Assembly (NCBI GenBank): GCA_904063045.1
Contig: CAJFCJ010000002.1
Span: 3,033,891 to 3,097,890 of the forward strand
Direction of reading: 5' to 3'
DNA from: Dimorphilus gyrociliatus
Taxonomy: Eukaryota; Animalia; Annelida
Length of the DNA stretch: 64,000 nucleotides
The position numbers and the translations under genes are program-made. Shown here one piece after another: positions 39,463 to 50,569 of this stretch (position 1 is the stretch's first letter; every line of letters starts with the position of its first letter). The notes under the pieces are model-generated. The model saw nothing but the letters and a program-made list of their open reading frames with translations. It was not told the DNA's origin and did no database searches.

Positions 39463-40483
39463 GACAATTTTTTTACAAGCAAAACTATCGAGTAAAGGAA
39501 TGATAATTTCACATACGGAACACTGTAAATATAACATATATATATATACTGTATAGTAAACTGGTTAATTTCCAACGTAGAATATTTCATTAACACTGTA
39601 AATGATTGATAATAGACATAAATATTTTTTATGTTTGCTATTGTAAAAGAAAAATTGATTTTTTTAATAAACATTAGAATAAGCTTTTACTTTTCTTTTC
39701 CTTTTTTTTTGCATATAAATAACAAATTATCTTATAAAACAAGATTATATAGCATATTATATGCTATATATATATATATATATATATATATACTATATAT
39801 AGACCAACTTCTTTAAGAAAGATCTTAGGAAAATCTTCTCTTTGGAGATTCTTGTTTTTGTTATCTTGAAAGATAAAGAATTCCTTTTTTTTTAATTTAA
39901 ATTATTATAATGGACGTGTAATGGTTTTTATCTCTGGTTATTCACTTTCGTGTATTCTAATTTATTGTACATTATTATTTTTTTAGAGTTTTATATAAAA
40001 TGATATTTAATAGCTTTATTTAAGGACAATTAGAAGAAAAATGTTATATGGCAAATTATAAATAATACATATTATATACTGTATATATACAGTATATATA
40101 TATATATCCTTTTATGAATACTTTGTAATATTCCTCTTAGACGTTAAATCAGAACAACATTTATATTCTTATCAACTTCAAAGGGATTTCCTTAAATAAA
40201 CTATGTACTTATTATTAACATTCCGACCACCAAAAAGCGAAAAACTGTCCTACATCATTATATATATATATATATATTATATATGTATATATATATAAAC
40301 AAAAGTGCCTTATAAAAGATATTCACTGATAAAAACCAATAGAACAATGAAATATCTTTACATTCTGCTTAAATTAAAAAGTGACAAAATAGAATATCAC
40401 AGTTGTTTTTTAATTCTTCTTTACGAATAAATTTTCTGCTTCTTTATCTTTATTTTCTTCTATTTTTGTCGAAAGTCTTTTTG

Positions 40484-41935
40484 TTATACCGTTTGGAAAT
40501 TTATTTTCACGGGTAATGGAGCAGCCATTGGTAGCTTTTCTTGCATGTATTCTTTAAGATATTTCTTTTCGACTGAATTTAGATAATTTAGATCTCCATT
40601 TATGGAAAGTTGATGCTGGATTTTAGAAAAAAGAAGATAAATAAACAAGATGTATGCAAAATAAGGGAAATGTTGATTATTCTTATACTTACATTTATCT
40701 TATGTTCTGGGGCTGTGGCAGCACTGTTGAAGCATAACCAGAGCATAAAGACAGCAGAGAGAAAGAGAGTTAAGCTTAATATCAAACGAGATAAGCCTGT
40801 TTTTCTAGCGATGCAAGCCAATAGCGTTGCCTCCCTCTCCTTTAATAGGGTAGAACTAGTCTGTAACGAGATAGAGATCATTTTCAGAATATAAATTTTC
40901 AATTCATTTATTAGACAAGTAAAATTGGGAAATTTACTTCCGTCTCTTGCGAATTAATTAATTGGGACATTTTTATATCTTCTGTTGCAGATTTATCGAC
41001 TTCAGCCAAATTTGTTTCCAGAATATTGGATGTTTTAATATCAACTGCAGTTATAATTAATAGATGTATACATTAAATTCATAGGAACAAATATGAAAAT
41101 AAATTTCACTAACAGCTAGCAGGATCAAATTCCAAGGTGGGACCAGATTGTATTATTAAAGTTCTACCCGATTCGTCAGTTTGAGCAAGATAAGTCCATG
41201 ATATTTGTATATGCGAAGCCATCTTATCAAACGCATTTTTATACATATCATGTATATAGGTAACAGGGTAGAAAATTGCGAATTCGTAACTTCCAATTTC
41301 TTCGTCCTGAAACAAGTACAGATTTGGAAATATAACCCTATGTATATACATTTAAATATTTGGCAGTTGGTAAAAAATAAACTGTCACGTATCGGATATC
41401 GATTTAATATGAAATTTTCGAAGGAAGTCATAATAGACGGTAAGGGAAGCCTCTCTTCCGATTTTGTACTTACATTAACACTTTCCCTTTTGTTAAACTC
41501 CTTCTGTTTTGCACAGCCTAGAGTACAAGCCTCTCTTTCACCTTTATCTTGATAAGCTTCTTTACATGCTGAAATGTATTTAATTTTCGTTTGAAAAAAC
41601 ATACAAAACGAAAAGTAATTGCAAATTACCTGACAGGCAATTGTTTAGAGTAGAATTTTCTTCATTAGAATCTTTAACAAAGTCTATTACAGAATACAGT
41701 CTACATCCTCGTTTGCAGCATACAAGATGAGTAGCCTGTGAAAAATATATTTCACAGTAAGAAATCGCGAAAAAATTTATATTTGAATGAAATTTATCCA
41801 TACCTTTTCATACGTGTGCAAAGGGAATGTATTTTCGCAAACGCTATGACATTTTCCAGCAAGATCAAGATTCAAACTACAGTAAGAACAAGATATTAAA
41901 GCAAAAATAAGAAGGAAAATACACAACGACGCCAT
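40484..41935 (-). CDS. TMEM59: Transmembrane protein 59 / BSMAP family
   Basis: Signal peptide, CHSVCENTFPLHTYEK, CKRGCRLYS, ACKEAY..ACTLGC, TM helix ..LWLCFNSAATAP, and tail LSINGDLNYL..AAPLPVKINF. Confidence 0.92.
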
Positions 41936-42609
41936 TTTGCTTTGTTTACTAATCACGGGGTCACGTGTTTCAACGAGAGAAGAAAATATGCGCCAGATGT
42001 CGTAGTGATACTATAAAATATTTCCTTTAACAAAGGTATTTAATAAGTTTGGCTATCAATAGAAAGTTCAGGACAAAATATAAGAAAGAGTTATTCAAAA
42101 ATTAATATAAAAGACGGGTTAGATAAAAACTAGAAAGCCTAAATATAACTTTGAAAAGCGTTTGAATAACAATAATAATAGTAATAGTAATACAATAACA
42201 GCACTTGGTAAAAAATATAATTGATAAAAACTATAACAGGAATTTTAATTGATAAAATTCAACAGTTAGTTAAATAACCTATATAAAAAGTTGAAATGTT
42301 TAATGAAAATCTTAAGTTTCATTTTCTTTTTTATTTAGACTTTTTCTCAAAATGTTCAATATCATCTTTCAATAATATATTTAAACAGAGTTAATTGATT
42401 AAAAACATAACATGTCTATATATATATATATATAGATGTATTATATATACTGTATAAAATAATCGTATTTATTAATATTCATTGTTAAAAATACTTTAAA
42501 AAGTATATAAAAAAGAAATCAAAGTATGATATTATTGAAATAATTTTTAAAAAGAAAATAATAAAAGAATACTTAAACATCAATAATTAAAATGTATATA
42601 TAAAAAATA

Positions 42610-44527
42610 TTACAAATACATATTTGTAATACTAACTCCCTCCAATAATGATTGATTAATTTGAACTGGTACAGTTGTTACTGCTTCTGAAGTTATATTA
42701 CTTATAGTAATCACTTCTGCCTCTTCATCTTCAACTGGTTTTAGAGGTCCGAGAGTGTGACCAATTCTCTTCCATTCCTCTTTATGAACTCTATGCTCGT
42801 GGCTCCAAGCTGTAGCTACGTGTTGAAAAAAACTACTACAAAATCTGCACTTATATGGTTTTATTCCCTTATGTTTGTACATGTGTTGTTTAAGTTGAGA
42901 TGGGTAAACAAACCCAAGACCACATTCTCTACATTTGTGCGGTGTATTCTTCAAATGTTGTTGTTTCCTATGCCTCTCAAGGGCACCGATTCGAAGAAAG
43001 GTCTTATTACACTCTTTACATTCGTATCTTTCTCTATTATTATCATGAGTTTCTTCATGTCTAAGAACTTGGTGCTTGGATGTGAAAGCCTTAGAACACG
43101 ATTTACATTTAAAAGATTTTAATTTTTCATGAGCTGATTTTACATGGTATCTTAAACTGTTGTGGTATCTTGTTGAGTAATTGCAATCATCATATTTGCA
43201 AGCTAATAAAGACGTTTTCATGCCGTTTTTAGCGCAAGATTTTTTTTCCTGATGTCTCTCCTTCGCTGCCAAAGTCCTAAAAGGTTTTTGGCATACATCG
43301 CAAAAAATACTGCGCCCTTCAAGGTCTTTATGTTTTCTGACTAAATGATCAGTTCTAGTTGACATATCAGCGAATCTATAAAAGCGATAAAATAATTTAA
43401 TGACAATAATTATTGATAATTAACTAGTCATACTTTTTGTCACAATGCGGACAAGAATATGGTTTTTCTCCAGTATGTGTTCGAACGTGAATTCGTAGAG
43501 CATCTGGTCTTTTAAAGCATTTCCCGCATTGGCTACATAAATGCCTTCTTTCAGCATGAACTGAATTTTCATGTTGATATAGTCCTGAATGGGATCTCGT
43601 AATGAAATTGCATCCTTTCCGTTGACATTTATATTCTTTCGTTGAATGGCAAGCTCTTTTGTGACCCCAATACTTATACTTATTTTGTAAGACTTTGCCA
43701 CACTTGTCACAAATTACTGGATCTTTGACAATCCGACTGAAAATTGAGGAGTTCTATTATACAGTTTGACTGAAAAATCTTTCTTTTATTATTTCAATAG
43801 TAGAAGCAAAAAAGGATAATTTTATTGCTTAAACTATCTGAGAGAAAGAAAGAGAGATAGAGAGAGAGACATGGGAGAAAGAAATATTTAAATTATTATT
43901 GCGTATAATGGAAAACCTCAATTGCGATTTAGGATGATTTTCTATTCGATGTTGAGAATATTCTTTACGATTTGAAGCAATAAAATCACAGTATGCACAT
44001 TTAACTTCGGTTTGATCTGCGCATAATCCATCAGATTTTGGTCGTTTACGTTTAAGCTGCTTTTCTTCTTTCAAGTTTTTCTCAAATTCCGTTGTTTCTT
44101 GTTCGTTTGAATTTTCATTATTACAGATTAAATTACCAGAGGGACTATTATCTTCAGCTAAATTTGTTCCTTCGATATCTTCGCATATTTCTATTTCACA
44201 AGGTTCAGCAAAGTCTAGGATCATACCTTTTTGAAGATCTGTTATATTAGGATCAATCGCATTCTCTTTTACAGGATCATTTTGAGTTACAGCATTGTCG
44301 GAAGAATCATGTGAAGACTGTGTAATTTTTCTGTCTTTTGAGTCAACAAAAGTTTCATATCTGTCGATATCAACAAAATCAGAAAAAAAGAACTCCTCAA
44401 AAATTCACCATTTTTAAGCTTACATATATAACAGATAGCCTGCAAATTCTTCATTAGATCTGATGCATAACTTTTTTTTACATGAAGTCCATTTCTTAAA
44501 ATGCTGTCCTATTTCTATCAATGGCAT
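42610..44527 (-). CDS. Multi-C2H2 zinc-finger protein (about 11 fingers), 4 exons
   Basis: Exons 44527-44424, 44360-~43914, ~43737-43431 and 43375-42610 join in frame. Fingers include [29 protein letters not shown] and [21 protein letters not shown]. Confidence 0.88.
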
Positions 44528-45115
44528 ACTTTAAGATGTCTTTCGAACATTGATATATTTTCCATAACAAATATGGATGCTCGAACCGGAAGTCTAACGG
44601 AAATTTAACTTTCCAATAAAAATTTAAAGCTTTGACATGGAATGAATATTAAAAAGGCCAATTGAATAATACAAATAACAATAAACAAAATAATTCAAAT
44701 GTATTGAATTGATTGCTCAGATCAAACTTTGAATCAAATTAAGATAAGCACAATAGCCGCATAAACTAATTTAGATGCGATAAAGCATAGACAAACACTC
44801 AAATTGATATATGAGCTTCTTTAAACATTGTATTACACATACTTATAGGCGTAGTAATAAGGCAGAGATGAAAAGTTACATATAAGAACTAACAAATTCA
44901 ACTAACGCTCAATAAAAAAAAGCAGAAAAATTTAACACGATTCAAATATTATATTTTAAGAAAGACTTAAAAACTTCAGCATGGCGTTGCATCAAGTAAT
45001 GTTTACTTTTCAAAGGTAGACAAAAGTTTCTATTGTTATTTTTAAATATATAATAAGTAGAGTATTGAAAAAATATAAGCTATAGATTTTGAACGAATGC
45101 ATTAAGTTATGGAAT

Positions 45116-46129
45116 TTAATTATCTTCTTTATCTTTACTTCCGTGTTTCAGAATGCGAGTGAATTCAACGTAATCGAATTGGCCATTTTTTATTGGCGCT
45201 TCACGAAATATTTCATCCACCTGAAAAAAATATATGCATTAATTAACAGGAATCGAGTTATTTTCTATTTCAATGATCAGAACAAAATATAATTATATCT
45301 ATATATAAATATATATATTTATTTATTTATTTACATCTCTTTCCTCATCTTACAGTTAGCATTAGTATTATTTAAGCCTTTAAATATTTAATTAAGTATG
45401 ATTTTTGCTGATATCTGACTAAAAACAGATAAGTTCTTTATATATTATCCACTTCAAATTGCTAGCAGTTATTCCATCGTAAAAAGTTTGCAAGAATTCT
45501 CGATTTCAGCTTGTAATCACTTTTTTTATATGTACTAATAATTTTCAACCAGAGTATGTACAAAAACTAATAAATTTCTATTTAAGCCTATCGTCACAAC
45601 ATTCTTAAATATCTTCTTTTTACTTTTATATTAGCCTTGCCTTATTTTATTACTTTTTCTAAAAATCATTTTTTGTCTCCAAATATATATTTTTGAAAGT
45701 TGATATACAAACCTCTTCTTCTGTAAATCGATCTCCCATTGTCATAAGTAACTCTCTTAATTTATCTTCGTTTATGTAACCAGTATTCTGAATATCAAAG
45801 CATGAGAAAGCATTTTTAATAACGTCTTCTGGGTCGGTTCCGTTAAGTTTTTCTCCAAACATCGTCAAAAACATCGTAAAATTGATGGGCCCAGGAGCTT
45901 CACTAATCATGCTCTCTAAATAATCGTCGGTGGGGTTTTTACCAAGGGATGCAAGCATATCGTGCAAGTCTTCTTTGTCGATAAATCCGTCTCTGTTTTG
46001 ATCAATCATTGTGAAGGCTTCTTTAAACTCTTGAATTTGGGCTTGATCAAACATGGCGAAGACGTTGGAGGTGGCCCTCTGGGCCCTCTTCTTACCCTTC
46101 TTTTGGATTTGAGTCTTCCGTGATGACAT
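45116..46129 (-). CDS. MYL12: Non-muscle myosin II regulatory light chain (sqh/MYL12/MYL9), 2 coding exons
   Basis: [29 protein letters not shown]-hand [16 protein letters not shown]|[17 protein letters not shown]. Phospho-site T-S is intact. Confidence 0.98.
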
Positions 46130-46546
46130 GTTGGCTAAAATTACAAGCGGATTTAGTAGTCTAATAGTTTATGAGTAAACGGTTAGATTAATCATAAATA
46201 TAAGAGATTAGTAAAGTCGACATTTTTCCATATTTAAAGCGTATAGAGTAATTAAAATTAACTATTCTTATAGCTTAAACATTTAATATTCTACCTCAGT
46301 TTCTGATTAATGGCAGCTCCGAATGGAAAAGGAATTTTAATGTGAAATGCTGACTACTGAACTTGGCTACTTTTTTGCCTGGCGGAAGTGAGTTTTTCGT
46401 ATTTACCTTAAAATTATAATTCACATCTCGAAAGAAGCAAAATTTATATTTAATTTAAGAATTTATTGAATTTACATAGCTAAAATAATATATTTTTGAG
46501 ATTTTTTTTAAATACGAAAATATTTATCGTATTGTCTGCTAATTTC

Positions 46547-46559
46547 GTTGCTAAGAAAC
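46547..46559. promoter_or_regulatory. RFX X-box-like element upstream of the UBE2U-like gene
   Basis: GTTGCTAAGAAAC about 180 bp upstream of the ATG. Confidence 0.5.
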
Positions 46560-46738
46560 TCCTTAAAATAAGAATAAGCTTTTCCTCTATAGTAATCATA
46601 TCAGTCTGAAGCAATTTTTTGTTGGTTATAAAATAATATTTGTCTTTCGTCTTAACTGTGAGTTACTTTCTCATATCTGATGGGCAGAAATATAGTTAAT
46701 CAAATAATTTCGCTTGGCTCTTTATAAAAATATTTAAT

Positions 46739-48234
46739 ATGCATTCTCGGGCTCATTTAATTATTGAAAGAGAAATAAACGACATTAAAGAGAAAAAACC
46801 AAGGGTAAGATAAGAATGTTTTTATTAGATATTTTAATTAAATTTAATAATTAACCCCAGGGTATATACGTTGAACCAATAAGAGATGATAGTCTATTTG
46901 AAATAAGTGCTGAATTAAGAGGCGATAAAAATGGCACTTGGGATGGTAAGATGATCATAAAATTCGTTAAGGTTTAAATAATATTTAGCTGACACGTAAA
47001 TTATAACAAAAACAGGTGGAATTTTCCGCATATATATAAGGTTTAGTGAACACTACAATCAAAAACCTCCTCATGTGTCCTTTCACACTATTCCTTTTCA
47101 TCCTAATGGTAAGTAGCGTAGTGAAGACTTTTCTTCTTCGTTATTCCACCCATGAGAACCGTCTTGTTTTATAATAAGACAGTAATTGGGGGTAAAATTA
47201 ATCTTAAATAGTCAAGTTTTTGCCATAAAATTGTATCCATTAAGGAAAACTCATTAAGAGAAAAAAAATGTTTTATAGTTGATGTAGTTCGTGGAAAACC
47301 AAGCCTTTCATTCTTGGAAGAAGAAACCTTATGGAATCCTAATGAACATAATTTAATGGTAATATTAACGTCTCTGCAATATTTACTGGATAATCCAGAC
47401 CTAGAAAGAATTGCCAACCCTCAAGCTGCTGAATTATTAGAGTATGCTCCGCAATCTTATTTTAAGATGGTTAAAGAATGTGTTTCAACTAGTCAAAAAT
47501 TAATGGGTAATCAAGTTGAAAAGCTTTATATCAATATTAATAAATTTTTCTTGAAGTAGGATTGAAAGATGCTCTAGAGATTAATTCAACGTTAGTGGGT
47601 CCTCCAAAAAAGCAACAAGTAGAAATAATTAGAGAGCCGGGAGCTATACAGCCAACAGAAGAGGTAGCAAAACTAGCTTGTAAAGTTTCGTTCGATGATT
47701 ATTATAAAACTTGGAAATATATTGCTACCACAAAACCAAATACAGATTCCAAAAATTATTGTAATATTTTCTCAGTGTGAAATCTCTAGTCATGTGTTTC
47801 TTATTAATTTTTAGTACTGGAAGCCCTCGAAAATGATCCAACTATGCAGTGTATCCATTTAGGAGTAACATTAGATAGATTACGCCAAGAACTGGAGGAG
47901 AACGAAAGGTTTTATATCTAGTTAGTATAACAACTGTTCTCTTTTTAAAACTCTCATGTAAATAGGAACAAACCAACTGTAACATCAAAGCCGCCAAATG
48001 CCAAGAAGAGCTCAAGATTAAAGCAGGTAAACAAAATGAAAAGGATATATCTTCAAGGAGCAACAAAGCAAAAATATCATAGTAATTGTTTAATATTCAG
48101 ATTTATAAAAATATAATTTGATGTATTATTTTTCTTTTTCAGTAAATGAATATTCATCCGGTGAGGAGGAGTTTGAAGAAGAAGTAAACAATCTTGTTGA
48201 ATGGACAGAAGGACTTGATGAAGAAGCCTTATAA
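46739..48234 (+). CDS. UBE2U: Ubiquitin-conjugating enzyme E2 U-like protein with C-terminal extension; catalytic Cys position is Ser
   Basis: MHSRAHLII.., WDG|GIF.., PPHVSFHTIPFHPN|VDVVRGKPSLSFL, and LQYLLDNPDLERIANPQAAELL resemble UBE2U (MHGRAYLLL..IPFHPNVDPHTGQPCIDFL). Confidence 0.82.
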
Positions 48235-48474
48235 TTTAATGAAAACTGCAGATATCTTAATGACTTTATTCTATCATATTAAATTTCGTTTAAGAAAAAC
48301 TTTTCTTATAAATTCGTATATTCAATATAGTTTCTCACTTATTCATCCTGTTATTCATTTCAATTTCCTACAACGAACTATAGGGACACTTTTGAATATA
48401 TCTCAAAAACATCAGAGATCTAATTTTAAAAAAATAAAACAAAAGAACAAAACAAACATTCCAACGGTTAAACT

Positions 48475-50004
48475 TTATAAGAAATATTCAGGTTGCGGCT
48501 TCTTTAAAGGAACACCTCTTGTTTCCTGATTGTTTTGAAAATATTTTATTACAATTGTCATTAAATATATAGCTTATAATTAAAAAAAATACCCTAGAAG
48601 CAGCTTCGAAAATTATAAATTGCCTCCTCAAAGCATCGTCCAACTCTAAAATGGCAGCGACATTACCACATCTGCAAGAGTATGTAAATAGATATGAAAG
48701 TGATTATGTACAAATCAAAGGTATTTGCTCTCAAAAATTAATAAACTTAGCATGAAATAGCTATACAGTAGAATATTTTTTTCATCTCACCTGTAGCAGT
48801 AATTTGGTGCAGACCACACTGTCAACACTTGTTCGCAAAAGTGCCATTTGAAACCCTCCATAACTAGCTGATGAGCTCTACATATCATTTCGACATTATT
48901 TGCTCGATTGAATGATGCCACAACATCGCTACCGAATAAGTAACCAGCGCCCCGAGGAGAGACTCCCCACCCTTGAGTGTCTGTTGTATATAGGCTTCAT
49001 TAACATCAAAAAGTTCAGAAAGACTAAAAACAATATACCTTCGGGGTCAGACCATAATAGGTCACACATTGGGCCGTCGTGTGGAACTTCTTGTTTTCGG
49101 TCTATTTGTCGAATTTGATCAAGAGTTTGAATTGATGGTGAAAGACCACCGTGCACGCAGAATATCTAGGTGATTATAAATTGTATTATTATTACTAAAA
49201 TCAAATAGAAATTTTCACTAACCGTTCCATCTATAATAGCTGACAAACTTAAATAATCAAACACTTCTGTGCAATATCTCCATACTGTTATACTTCCGTA
49301 TTTTCTCATGCACTCGTCATAAAATCCATACACTTGAGTAATCTGTCTACTTTCGTGATTGCCCCGTATAAGAGTAATTCTATCGGGATATCGCACCTTC
49401 AGTGCTAAAAGCAATAAAAAAGTTTCGACGCTGTAGAATCCTCTATCGACAAAGTCACCTAGAAATAGGTAATTTGCCTCAGGGACATTGCCTCCGCATT
49501 TAAACAGTTCCTTGAGATCATAAAATTGTCCATGAATATCTCCACACACCTAAAAAATGCATAAAATATATTTTTTAAGTATAACCTATTTGTCTTGTCA
49601 GTATTGCGTTTCATATGCAATAGATGTTAAGAAATTGAAATTTAAAAAAACATTTATAGTTGATTGAAGTGGTTACATATTGATTACCCTGCAAAGTGGA
49701 ATCGTAGTTTTAATTATAAATACTTAAAAAGTCGTTTTTCTAATCAAACAATTAAGTGAAATTAATGCTCGTTTTAATTAATTCAAAGATATTTTTTAAG
49801 TACCGTAACAGGAGCATCCACTCTTTGTACATTGGCTTCTTCGGCTAGAATTTCTCGCGCTTTCGAACACAGCGCTTTTACTTCATTTTCCGTAATAGTG
49901 TGGCAATTTCTCAATTGTTCTATTTGTCTATTGTAAAATATATATTAGCTGTTTAATTTATATAATAATAGTACTCACCTGTCCAGGTCACTTTGCTGTG
50001 CCAT
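48475..50004 (-). CDS. PPP4C: Serine/threonine-protein phosphatase 4 catalytic subunit
   Basis: SDLD|[71 protein letters not shown]|[13 protein letters not shown]-terminal EYFL*. Confidence 0.98.
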
Positions 50005-50259
50005 CGTTTTCGAACGTTCCTAAACTGAATTGAAACGTTCTACTGGTACTGTACAACTTGGAGAAATCGATAACTAATTAAGTTTGATAGATTCAATTTC
50101 TTATGCAATTAATGAATCGAAGGAATAGCAATAAATTTAAACTAATCCAGTATCATTTAAAAGCTATCTGAGGTTGAATCGGTGAGTTTTTTTTAAAATA
50201 ACAATAAACAAAAATATTCTAGATGGTAATTTCCTATTCCGGTGTTAGATTTTCCTGGT

Positions 50260-50322
50260 GGATTGGCGCTAACCGCTGTTAAACAAAAGTTGATTGGCTC
50301 GAGTTGACTTTTAACCAATCAG
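50260..50322. promoter_or_regulatory. Three CCAAT boxes in the PPP4C/NOP14 bidirectional promoter
   Basis: GATTGGC (about 50261), GATTGGCT (about 50293) and CCAATCAG (about 50315) between divergent ATGs at 50004 and 50570. Confidence 0.5.
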
Positions 50323-50569
50323 CGTCTATTTTACATGGGAAGGGAAAATCGCCCTAACTTACTCATGCGATTCTCTCTGATAAAGTGTATTCTTTGATAC
50401 TATTTAAAGAAATATCGTTTTGCTTTAGACGATATATCGATATCCTGCGCGATAAAAGAATTTTGCTTATCGATCGACCAATTGCGATTTTCGATTAAAA
50501 CCTCGTTGTCTCTACTTTCAATACACCTATTTTCGTGAGGCTCCTATATTTATTGCCGAGGAGTTAGGC

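Noticed and set aside
38540-39816. 60-90 aa ORFs in AT-rich introns and intergenic DNA (also 12146, 14186, 18446, 22625, 63360 and others)
   Set aside because: F/I/L/K/Y-rich compositions typical of random AT-rich frames; no splice or homology support.
49677-49688. Possible 12-nt microexon (GNQY) in the PPP4C intron before VCGDIHG
   Set aside because: Splice signals are only moderate, and insertion next to the metal-binding strand of an invariant enzyme is implausible without transcript evidence.
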